DNA from: Bacillota bacterium
GTDB lineage: Bacteria; Bacillota; Sulfobacillia; JAJZYS01; JAJYTV01
Reading direction: 5' to 3'
DNA: 64,000 nt
Assembly (NCBI GenBank): GCA_021799275.1
Contig: JAJZAT010000003.1
Span: 9,708-73,707, forward strand
The translations under genes were made by a program, and so were the position numbers. The first letter of the stretch is position 1, and each line of letters begins with the position of its first letter. Below the pieces are notes generated by a model. It worked only from the letters and a program-made list of their open reading frames with translations, was not told where the DNA came from and did not search any database. Shown here piece by piece: positions 1 to 7,700 of the stretch.

Positions 1-180
1 GAGGAGACCCGGGTGCCCCCAGCGTTCAACCGCAGACACCAGCCTCCCGGCGAGGCGCCGCTGCCCGCTCTGGTCGTCGACCCCCAGGACCTCGTTCCGC
101 CGCTCGACCGCCAGGGCGAGATCTCCGGGCGCAACCGCGCGACGCTCGCCCGCCTGCGCCAGATCTCGCCACTCCTCTGA
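1..180 (+). CDS. 3' end of an upstream gene (partial; C-terminal fragment ...RNRATLARLRQISPLL*)
   Basis: Frame 1 stays open from the window edge to a TGA at 178-180, with the strong GC3 bias typical of coding frames here. The product cannot be assigned from a 59-residue tail. Confidence 0.3.
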   Translation, partial: EETRVPPAFNRRHQPPGEAPLPALVVDPQDLVPPLDRQGEISGRNRATLARLRQISPLL

Positions 181-226
181 TCTGCCATGATCCGACAGGC
201 CGACGAGGCAGGAGTTCGTCCGCCAA

Positions 227-1384
227 GTGCGAACCGTGCCTCTTATGATGGGTTGCTGGCGAAAATGGGCGGCGGCGCCCGCCCTTGCCCTGCTCCTTGT
301 GTCGAACGTACCCGGAGGCACGGCGGCAGCCGCGTCTCTCACCGCACTCGAAAGTCAGCTGCACAGCGTGCACGTCAACCTCGTCGCGGACAAGGCCCAG
401 CAGGCGAAGCTGCAGGCCGAGGTCAACCAGTCCCAGGTGCTGCTCGGCCAGGTCGACCAGCAGCTCACCATCACGCAGCAGAACATCGCCGCCACCCGGG
501 CGGCCATTCTCGTGACCGAGAACAGGATCGGGACCGTTTCGCGGCGCCTCGCGCGGACGCGCGCGGCGTCGGAGATGCAGCAGGGCGGTCTCGACGCCGT
601 CCTGCTCTACACCCAGCAGTACGGGCCGATCGGCTACCTGGCGGTGCTGCTGCACGTCGCAAGCTTCGGCGAGTTCGTGACGCGGCTCGGCAACGTGATC
701 GAGGTGGCCACCTTCGAGCGCAGCATCGTGGAGAACCTCAACCACGACGCCGATCTCATCCACCACGACCTCGTCCTGCAGGACCAGGCGAAGGCGAAGT
801 ACGCCCGCCAGCAGGCGACGCTCGTGCGCCAGCGCGACCAGCAGGCGCAGGTGGCGAGTCAGCGGCGCCAGGTGCTCGCAACGCTGCAGAGCCAGCAGCA
901 GCAGATCAATAGCGTGGTGGCGGACGAACAGCAGCAGGGGCAGAAGCTGTGGGACGCGATCCAGCAGCTCAAGGCGGAGCTCGCGGACGGACAGTTGAGC
1001 TCCTCGCAGATCTTCTCCATCGTCAAGTCGATCTCGGCGATCTACGGCATCAATCCCCTTCTGATCATGGCCGTCATCCGGGAGGAGAGCGGCGGCAACA
1101 CCCACGCGGTCTCATCGGCCGGCGCGCAGGGCCTCATGCAGCTCATGCCGAGCACGGCCGCGGAGCTCGGGGTCACCGACGCCTTCAACGCGGAGCAGAA
1201 TGTGCACGGCGGCATCGCCTACCTCTCGTACCTGCTGAAGCTCTTCAACAACAACATTCCGTTCGCGCTGGCCGCGTACAATGCGGGCCCGAACGCCGTC
1301 AAGCAGTACGGCGGCATCCCGCCCTACCCCGAGACGCAGAACTATGTGAAGAACATCATGTACATGTACCAGCACGGCATCTGA
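227..1384 (+). CDS. secreted lytic transglycosylase (SLT domain) with N-terminal signal peptide and long coiled-coil region
   Basis: The C-terminal 120 residues carry the SLT/goose-lysozyme-like motifs (ES.GN..A.S.AGA.GLMQLMP.TA....V.D, AYNAGP..V). The N-terminus is hydrophobic (AAAPALALLLVS). The start is uncertain between GTG 227 and ATG 245/248. Confidence 0.8.
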   Translation: MRTVPLMMGCWRKWAAAPALALLLVSNVPGGTAAAASLTALESQLHSVHVNLVADKAQQAKLQAEVNQSQVLLGQVDQQLTITQQNIAATRAAILVTENRIGTVSRRLARTRAASEMQQGGLDAVLLYTQQYGPIGYLAVLLHVASFGEFVTRLGNVIEVATFERSIVENLNHDADLIHHDLVLQDQAKAKYARQQATLVRQRDQQAQVASQRRQVLATLQSQQQQINSVVADEQQQGQKLWDAIQQLKAELADGQLSSSQIFSIVKSISAIYGINPLLIMAVIREESGGNTHAVSSAGAQGLMQLMPSTAAELGVTDAFNAEQNVHGGIAYLSYLLKLFNNNIPFALAAYNAGPNAVKQYGGIPPYPETQNYVKNIMYMYQHGI

Positions 1385-1458
1385 TCTCCACCGTGCAGGA
1401 TCTTGGCACGGGACGCGAAAATGCCCAATAGATCCGTCCTCTGAGTGGAGGTCTAGCA

Positions 1459-2400
1459 TTGCGCGTCCTCGTGACCGGCGGGGCCGGCTTCATCGGCTCC
1501 AACACGGTAGATTACCTCGTGGCGCACGGCCATGAGGTCTCGGTCGTGGACAACCTCGTCACCGGTTTCCGCGAACAGGTACATCCGAAGGCGCACTTTC
1601 ACGAGGTCGACGTGACCGACGCGGAGAGGCTGGAGCGGGTCTTCGCCGCCGAGCGGCCCGAAGCGGTCATCCACCTCGCCGCGCAGATGGACGTGCGCGT
1701 CTCGACGCGCCGGCCGGCCTACGACGCCCAGGTGAACATCCTTGGCAGCCTCAACGTGATCACCTGCGCGGTGGGCGCCGGCACGCGCAAGATCGTCTAC
1801 GCGTCGAGCGGCGGCGCGATCTACGGCGAGCCGGACTACCTGCCCGTGCGGGAGGACCATCCGATCCGGCCGCTCTCGCAATACGGCGTGACGAAGCACA
1901 CCGTCGAGCACTACCTCTTCCTCTACGCCCATCTGCACGGTCTGCGCTACACCGCCCTGCGCTACGCGAACGTCTTCGGGCCGAGGCAGAACCCCGCCGG
2001 CGAGGCTGGCGTCGTGGCCATCTTCGGCCGCAGCATGCTCCTCGCGGAGCCGTGCCGCATCTTCGGCGACGGCGAGCAGACGCGGGACTACGTGTACGTG
2101 GGCGACGTCGTCGCAGCCAACGCGATGGCCCTCGGCGCGGGCGACAACGAGTCGGTCCACATCGGCACCGGCGTCGAGACCAGCGTCAACGAGCTGCACC
2201 GGGCGCTCTCCGAGATCTGCGGCAGCCGGCTCCCGGCCAGGTACGAGCCGGAGCGCCCGGGCGAGGTGCAGCGGATCTCGCTCGATCCCGCCCTGGCCGC
2301 CGAACGTCTCGGTTGGGCGCCAAAGGTGCCCATGAGCGAAGGACTCGAGCGCACGGTCGGATTCCTGAGGGAGCGGCAGGCGGCGGGCAGGCTCGCCTGA
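1459..2400 (+). CDS. NAD-dependent epimerase/dehydratase, UDP-hexose (Glc/GlcNAc) 4-epimerase GalE-like; candidate PelX-type epimerase
   Basis: N-terminal Rossmann motif VLVTGGAGFIGSN and the SDR catalytic motif (YAS...Y..TK).; ~313 aa as expected for GalE; TTG start preceded by GGAGG 7 nt upstream. Confidence 0.85.
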   Translation: MRVLVTGGAGFIGSNTVDYLVAHGHEVSVVDNLVTGFREQVHPKAHFHEVDVTDAERLERVFAAERPEAVIHLAAQMDVRVSTRRPAYDAQVNILGSLNVITCAVGAGTRKIVYASSGGAIYGEPDYLPVREDHPIRPLSQYGVTKHTVEHYLFLYAHLHGLRYTALRYANVFGPRQNPAGEAGVVAIFGRSMLLAEPCRIFGDGEQTRDYVYVGDVVAANAMALGAGDNESVHIGTGVETSVNELHRALSEICGSRLPARYEPERPGEVQRISLDPALAAERLGWAPKVPMSEGLERTVGFLRERQAAGRLA

Positions 2401-2419
2401 GGTCTTGTGGTCGGGCAAG

Positions 2420-2459
2420 GAACGAGGCGGGAAGACGTCGATGTCTTCCCGCCTCGTTC
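2420..2459. terminator. bidirectional intrinsic-terminator-like hairpin between convergent genes
   Basis: Perfect 17-bp inverted repeat GAACGAGGCGGGAAGAC / GTCTTCCCGCCTCGTTC with a 6-nt loop. It lies between the stop of the epimerase (2400, +) and the stop of the minus-strand gene at 2478. Confidence 0.6.
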
Positions 2460-2477
2460 TAGGTGCGGTACCAGGGG

Positions 2478-3266
2478 TCAGGGGGCAAGTTGCGCCGGGA
2501 ATCCGGCCACCGTCGCCACGCCAGACCAGAGACCCTGGTCCATGAGGTGGGACCCCGCAGGACCAAGCACACTGCCGCAGGCGGGATCCACCGTGAAGGT
2601 CCAGTTGCCCGCCTTGGCGATGAAGCGCACCGTCGCGGCCGCACCGAAATCGGCAAGGCAGCCGTGGGCGCCGCGCGTGTCCACGGGCAGCGCGTTCACG
2701 ACCGCGAGCAGGTGCCGCCAGGCGTCGGGAGTCCGCAGGGTGCGCGTGACCCAGGGCGAACTCGCCGACTGCCTCGCCCGCACCGTAACCTCCTCGAGCG
2801 TTGCCGGCACGATGCTCGCCTTCGGGCGGGCCGGTGCCACGATCAGCTCGCGGGCCAGCGAATAGACGCTCTTCCTGCCGTCCCGCTCCACCGTGAGCAG
2901 TACGGTGTCGTTCATGCCCGCTCCGCGCGTGAAGGACCAGTCCCAACTGGAGGTGCCCGAGCGGTTGCCCGCTGTGCCGTAGCCCTGCAGGCGGTAGCCG
3001 AGGTGCCTCAGGCGCGGCAGGTAGTAGGCGTAGAGCTCCTGTGGCGTCAGCGGCGCGACGTAGCTGCGGCTCGTCGTGTGGAGATACGGCGACGACACCG
3101 TCTCGTACGGCATCACCGCCACGCTGCTCGGCGCAGAGTTCTGCGGCGGGGCCACCAGAAAACCCGCCATCCTTTGAGGGGCGCCCGCCCTCGCCGCACC
3201 GAGCCAGGCTCCCCCGGCGAGGAGCACCATCGAGGCCAGGAACACGAGGTAGCGCCGACCTCGCAT
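2478..3266 (-). CDS. hypothetical secreted protein (signal peptide, ~262 aa)
   Basis: Start MRGRRYLVFLASMVLLAGGAWLGAARA has the n/h/c layout of a signal peptide. GGAGG-like SD upstream. The 506-aa tracker ORF is an N-terminal over-extension. No recognisable family. Confidence 0.5.
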   Translation of the reverse strand: MRGRRYLVFLASMVLLAGGAWLGAARAGAPQRMAGFLVAPPQNSAPSSVAVMPYETVSSPYLHTTSRSYVAPLTPQELYAYYLPRLRHLGYRLQGYGTAGNRSGTSSWDWSFTRGAGMNDTVLLTVERDGRKSVYSLARELIVAPARPKASIVPATLEEVTVRARQSASSPWVTRTLRTPDAWRHLLAVVNALPVDTRGAHGCLADFGAAATVRFIAKAGNWTFTVDPACGSVLGPAGSHLMDQGLWSGVATVAGFPAQLAP

Positions 3267-3394
3267 TGTCTCGTCCACCTTTCCTGCGAGCGGCGGGCCG
3301 CCGCGCCATGTTCTCGCCAGGAGAACACCTCGCCGCTGCGGCCGTGACGACGTGCCACCGGTCGTGCCCTGCCCGTCGTGTCTCCCCGCGAGAC

Positions 3395-4120
3395 TCAGCG
3401 CGCCGCGGTTGCCCCGAGCAGCACCACCGCCACAGATGCGAGCGCGATGAAGGGGCCGAAGGCGAAGGCGTCCCTGCCGGTCGCGCGACGCGTCAGCAGC
3501 AGACCAGCCGCATAGAGACCGCCGCAGAGGACCGCGAGGAAGAGCGTCGCGAGGCCCCGTTGCCAGCCGAGCATCAGGCCCACGACCCCAAGATACTTGA
3601 CGTCTCCGAGGCCGAATCCGCCTCGGCCGATCCATGCGATCAGGAATCCGATGCCGAGCAGCAGCAAGGCGCCTAGCGCGCCGGCCAGGTAGGCCGCGCC
3701 GCCCAGCGGCAAGAGCGCCAGGAGGCCCAGCACGGCGGCGACGAGCAGAAGGCGGTTCGGGATGATGCGTCGGCGCATGTCCACGGCGGCCACCGCAAGC
3801 CCCAGCCAAAGCACCAGGAGGTCGAGCGGAAGGGCCAGGCTGAAGCGGAGCCCGAAGAGCAGACCGCTGCCGCACACCGCGCCGAGCTCGAACCAGAGTT
3901 CCGAGCGGCGTGGCAGTGCGCCACACTGCCCGCAGCGGCCCCTGGCCGCGTGCCGCACGAGCGGCAGCTGTACCAGGGCCCCGAGTCGCCCGCCGCAATG
4001 CCGGCAGCGGGAGATCGCGGCGGCTCCGCCCTCGGCGAGGACTTCCACCAGCGGAATCAGGATGGCCGCGGCGGCATAGCCCACGAGCAGACCGAGACCC
4101 ACGGCCAGAAGTCCCTGCAA
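3395..4120 (-). CDS. prepilin peptidase (type IV leader peptidase, A24 family)
   Basis: N-terminal Zn-binding CxxC...CxxC (CRHCGG...CGQCG), a polytopic membrane domain and the catalytic-region motif GGFGLGDVKYLGVVG.; TTG start with GGAGGAGG SD 9 nt upstream. Sits directly downstream of the pelF-like gene. Confidence 0.8.
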   Translation of the reverse strand: MQGLLAVGLGLLVGYAAAAILIPLVEVLAEGGAAAISRCRHCGGRLGALVQLPLVRHAARGRCGQCGALPRRSELWFELGAVCGSGLLFGLRFSLALPLDLLVLWLGLAVAAVDMRRRIIPNRLLLVAAVLGLLALLPLGGAAYLAGALGALLLLGIGFLIAWIGRGGFGLGDVKYLGVVGLMLGWQRGLATLFLAVLCGGLYAAGLLLTRRATGRDAFAFGPFIALASVAVVLLGATAAR

Positions 4121-4156
4121 ACCGCCGGCCTCCTCCGCCTGACGTTCCGCGCTGGG

Positions 4157-5890
4157 CTAGGCGCTCTGTACCTGCGAGAGGATCCAGGCGCTCGCGTAAT
4201 GCTGGATGGCGGCCTCACCGGCACCGAGTTCCGCCTCGAGCGCCGCCACCTGACTCAGGATGGCCGGCGCCGCCGCGCCACCCGGTTCGACGTCGAGGGC
4301 GCGCTGAAACTGGTCGAGTGCGGCGATCGGTACCCCGAGGCGCAGCAGGGCGTAAGCCCTCTGCAAGTAAACGAGCAGACGGTTGGGCGGCACGGCAGGA
4401 TACCCGAACGACTCGTCTCCCGCGGCGACCGCGACCTCGCGCAGAGCCCTCTGCGCCAGCGCGCCGTAGAGCGATTCGTAGGCGCCCGTCGCCTTCTGGA
4501 TCGTGAAGAAGCTCAAGGCGCGCTCGCGCGCGGCCGCACCCAGCCGCTGCCGCAACTCTTCGTCCTGCAGGAGGATGATCATCGCCACCGCGAGCCGTTC
4601 CGGCTCGCGTGACGGCACCGTGATGCCGGTGTCGGCGAGGGCCTCGGCCGTGCCGCCGACGTCGGTGGCCACGATGGGCAGACCGCTCATCATGCCTTCG
4701 ATCACGGAGTACGGGAATGCCTCCGACACGCTCGACTGCACGAGGATGTCGGCCTGGCGGTAGAGCTCCGCCGCGTTCTGCGAGTGGCCCTGGAACAGGA
4801 CGACATCGTCGAGTCCCAACGCGTGGCGCAGTTCCAGCATCTGCTGGTGGTAGTCCTCCACCGCGACGGCCCCCCACACCTCGAGCTTGATGTCGGGGAA
4901 GTGGCCGTGCACGATCGCCATGGCCCGCAGCAGCGTCTCGATGTCCTTGTTCGGGTCGATGCGCGCGATGCTGAGGAGGCGCGGCGGACCGCCGTGCGAC
5001 TCCGGGTTCGGCGCGAAGACCTGCGGGGACACGCCGTTGTAGACGACGTCGATGCGCTCCTGTGGGGCGCCGAGGAGACGCTCCCAACGGGCGTTGAAGG
5101 CGCACACCGGGGTGATGCGATCCGCGAAGTGCAGGTTCGCCCGCACGATCGTGCGCACCGCGGCCAGGAGAAACCGCTTCGAGAAGCGGCTCATGTTGCT
5201 GCGTCCGACCGAGAGGTACTGCTCGCGCAGGTAGACGCCGTGCTCGGTCAGGAGGTAGGGCGTGCCGTACTCCACCTTGGCGACAATGCCCGCCATGCCG
5301 CAGAATGCGGCCGCGGACGAGTGCACGACGTCGACCTCCGGGATGGGCGTGTTGAGCACGGTGAAGAAGTGGTAGATCCAACCGAGCGCCTGGACCGCCT
5401 CGAACACGCTGGGCTCGGTCCAGGAGCCGGTCTCCGCAGCGTCGTGCAGGAAGTCTCGGAACGCCCGCCAGACGACTTCGGACTTGAACGTCTCGCGGTA
5501 GTCGAAGACCTGGAAGTGCCGGTGCATCGCCGCCAGGGCGTAGCCGACCGCCTCGGGGTCGTCGCCGCTCCGCCGCATCTGCTCGAGGAACGTCATCAGC
5601 TCGGGCAGGAAGCCTCTCGAGACCTCGTCGACCGTCGTGCGCTGCTTCTGCAGGAAGATCTCCGAGAACGGCATCTGCTCCTTGTGCTCGGACGGGTCCT
5701 GGGTACCCCAGAGCGGGATCGTGACCACCTGCCGCACGCTCTCAGGGAACTCGAAACGGCTGCGCACGAAGGGGTTCATGGCCACGGCGAAGACGGTGAA
5801 CTCCGCATCGCCCACCAGTTTGACCAGCGTGTCGCACCACGTGCTCACGCCGCCCAGATGATAGGGATAGGTGCCCTCGGTCGCGAGCAT
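4157..5890 (-). CDS. pelF: PelF-type glycosyltransferase (N-terminal DUF3492 + GT4/Glycos_transf_1) with ~90-aa C-terminal helical/TPR-like extension
   Basis: Start MLATEGTYPYHLGGVSTWCDTLV matches the DUF3492 signature that precedes the GT4 domain in PelF. The GT4 C-terminal part carries an E-x7-E-like region. ATG 5888-5890 has an AGGAAAG SD. The tracker ORF is over-extended by 62 codons. Confidence 0.7.
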   Translation of the reverse strand: MLATEGTYPYHLGGVSTWCDTLVKLVGDAEFTVFAVAMNPFVRSRFEFPESVRQVVTIPLWGTQDPSEHKEQMPFSEIFLQKQRTTVDEVSRGFLPELMTFLEQMRRSGDDPEAVGYALAAMHRHFQVFDYRETFKSEVVWRAFRDFLHDAAETGSWTEPSVFEAVQALGWIYHFFTVLNTPIPEVDVVHSSAAAFCGMAGIVAKVEYGTPYLLTEHGVYLREQYLSVGRSNMSRFSKRFLLAAVRTIVRANLHFADRITPVCAFNARWERLLGAPQERIDVVYNGVSPQVFAPNPESHGGPPRLLSIARIDPNKDIETLLRAMAIVHGHFPDIKLEVWGAVAVEDYHQQMLELRHALGLDDVVLFQGHSQNAAELYRQADILVQSSVSEAFPYSVIEGMMSGLPIVATDVGGTAEALADTGITVPSREPERLAVAMIILLQDEELRQRLGAAARERALSFFTIQKATGAYESLYGALAQRALREVAVAAGDESFGYPAVPPNRLLVYLQRAYALLRLGVPIAALDQFQRALDVEPGGAAAPAILSQVAALEAELGAGEAAIQHYASAWILSQVQSA

Positions 5891-5943
5891 GACCCGCACT
5901 TTCCTGGGCACTATCCATCCCCCTTTGTCGCACATCCGAAACC

Positions 5944-6047
5944 TTTGCCGCATCGAGACCCGTTGCAACTTGAAGTTTGGCACACAAAAACGAAGGCATT
6001 TTGCCCGTGTATGTCGTAGTTTGCCATGGTTATCCCGCATTTGGCAA
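5944..6047. promoter_or_regulatory. candidate operator array: four TTTGCC/TTGGCAA half-sites (5944, 6000, 6020, 6041) spaced ~20-21 bp in the divergent pelF / membrane-operon promoter region
   Basis: The AT-richer island between divergent starts 5890 (-) and 6082 (+) carries the repeated hexamer with helical-turn phasing. The last pair forms the inverted repeat TTGCCA-N15-TGGCAA. Confidence 0.3.
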
Positions 6048-6081
6048 TGCCGAGGGACAATCGCCAGGGGAGTCACCCGAG

Positions 6082-7689
6082 ATGAGCATCGCCAGGGGAG
6101 GTCGGGCCACCCGCACGTCCCGGACGGGTGAGGCCCGCGAGCGCCTCCTTCGCCAGGTGGTCGAGGCCAACGGCGACCTGCAGGATGTCATGGACGTGGC
6201 CGCCACGATCGAGTCGCTCGGCTGGAGCGACCGTCGCGTGGAGGACGTGTTCGGCATGCCCAGCGTGTTCGATCTCGCCGAGGACATCTACGCCGACTTC
6301 CTCGCCAGCGTCCGTACGGACCCGATACCGCCGCGCCACGATATGCGCTGGTACCATCTGCTGCGTCTCATCGCGGCCGACTTCTTCCACGGTCTTCTCT
6401 TCGCCCTGCCGATGGTCGTCTCGATCGCTGCGATGGTGATGCTGCACATCAGCATCTGGTCCTACCAGTACTACTCCGTCGCGCAGGCCACGGCGCTCGG
6501 CATCGCGACGTTCCTGAGTTTCGTCGTGACGGGCGGATTCACGCAGGCCATGGCCACGATCTATTACGTCCTGGTCGGCCTGCAGGAGGGGGACCTCGTC
6601 GAGCGCTCCCTCTACCAGATCATGCGCTGGGGCTTCGGCGCCGCCGTCGTGATCGCGATCGCCATCGTCGTCGCGGACTCGGTGTTCCCGATGTTCCCCT
6701 TCTCCCTGGCCTTCTTCATGGTCGTCTACATGATCATGCTGTCGCTGCTTTGGCTCGCGTACGCCAGCCTTTACGTTCTGCGGCGAGAGTACATGCTGAC
6801 CCTGCTGACGGTTGGCTCCATCCTGATCGCCTACTTCATGTGGCGCTTCGGACACAACGTCATCCTGGCGCAGGCGATGGCCATGGCCGCGGCGACCGGC
6901 GGGGCCGTGCTCTCCTGGCTCGTCATCTTCCGCCGCCAGACCCGCAAGTGGCAACACATCGGCCGCATCGTCAAGACCAGGACCTCGCAGCTCGCCTATG
7001 CCTCGGCGAGCTACTTCTTCTACGGCATCCTCTACTTCAGCTTTGTGTTCTCGGACCGCCTGGTCGCCTGGACCACGGCCACGTCGTTCCTGCCGTACAG
7101 CATCTGGTTCCGCGGGGAGTACGAGCTCGGCATGGACTGGGCGCTCTTCGCCCTCATCCTGCCGCTCGGCGCGACCGAGGCGTTCGTCGGCTATGTCATC
7201 CGCTGGCTGATGGTCGCGCAGCACCGCGTCACGGAGCGGAACGTGCAGAACCTGGCTGCCGCGATGCGCGCCGTCTACCTGCGCTGCGTGGCCGGCTTCG
7301 TCGGCGTCGCGGCGATCGGCATGGTCATGGTGCGCATCGGCCTCGCGATCGCCCGCCAGTACCCGATCCTGCGCAACGCGATCCCGATCCACGGCGTCGA
7401 GCCGTTCGTCTTCTCCTGGGCGAGTTTCGCCTACGTCGTCCTGGCGCTCGCGCTCTTCAACGTCCTCCTGATGTTCAGCCTCGCCTACCCCCAGCTGGCC
7501 CTCAGGTCGCTGCTCATCTCCCTTGCGGCCGACATCACGGTCGGCATCATCGCCACGCGTATTCTCGGCGCGTACCAGTTCGCCGTGGTCGGCCTCATCG
7601 CCGGCGTCATCTGCCTGGTCGTGCTGACCACGGTGGACGTGCTCCGGCTGCTGCCGCGCGTCGACTTCATGCTCTACCGCATGGCCTGA
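6082..7689 (+). CDS. 12-TM integral membrane protein, PelG-like / MOP-type putative exopolysaccharide exporter
   Basis: Twelve or so hydrophobic helices follow an ~90-aa cytoplasmic N-terminus. The N-terminal pattern W-Y-H-L-L-R-L-I-A-A-D-F-F-H-G-L-L-F-A is reminiscent of the PelG N-terminus. Divergently adjacent to pelF. ATG 6082 with GGGGAG SD. The function call is tentative. Confidence 0.55.
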   Translation: MSIARGGRATRTSRTGEARERLLRQVVEANGDLQDVMDVAATIESLGWSDRRVEDVFGMPSVFDLAEDIYADFLASVRTDPIPPRHDMRWYHLLRLIAADFFHGLLFALPMVVSIAAMVMLHISIWSYQYYSVAQATALGIATFLSFVVTGGFTQAMATIYYVLVGLQEGDLVERSLYQIMRWGFGAAVVIAIAIVVADSVFPMFPFSLAFFMVVYMIMLSLLWLAYASLYVLRREYMLTLLTVGSILIAYFMWRFGHNVILAQAMAMAAATGGAVLSWLVIFRRQTRKWQHIGRIVKTRTSQLAYASASYFFYGILYFSFVFSDRLVAWTTATSFLPYSIWFRGEYELGMDWALFALILPLGATEAFVGYVIRWLMVAQHRVTERNVQNLAAAMRAVYLRCVAGFVGVAAIGMVMVRIGLAIARQYPILRNAIPIHGVEPFVFSWASFAYVVLALALFNVLLMFSLAYPQLALRSLLISLAADITVGIIATRILGAYQFAVVGLIAGVICLVVLTTVDVLRLLPRVDFMLYRMA

Positions 7690-7700
7690 GGAGGTCGCGG

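Noticed and set aside
26-1105. 359-aa minus-strand ORF
   Set aside because: It is antisense to the well-supported lytic transglycosylase gene. Its product is R/G/A/P-rich and low-complexity, as expected for a wrong frame in 70% GC DNA.
1453-3309. 618-aa minus-strand ORF
   Set aside because: It is antisense to the GalE-like epimerase, whose Rossmann and catalytic motifs are clear. Composition is dominated by R, G and A.
5960-5985. Possible sigma-54 -24/-12 promoter (TGGCAC) upstream of the membrane operon
   Set aside because: There is no TTGC or GC element at the required 10-nt spacing from the GG. The TTTGCC repeats are better explained as an operator array.
5977-6081. N-terminal extension of the PelG-like gene (tracker start at 5977)
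   Set aside because: The extension runs through the AT-rich divergent promoter and lacks an SD. ATG 6082 has a GGGGAG SD and gives a plausible N-terminus.
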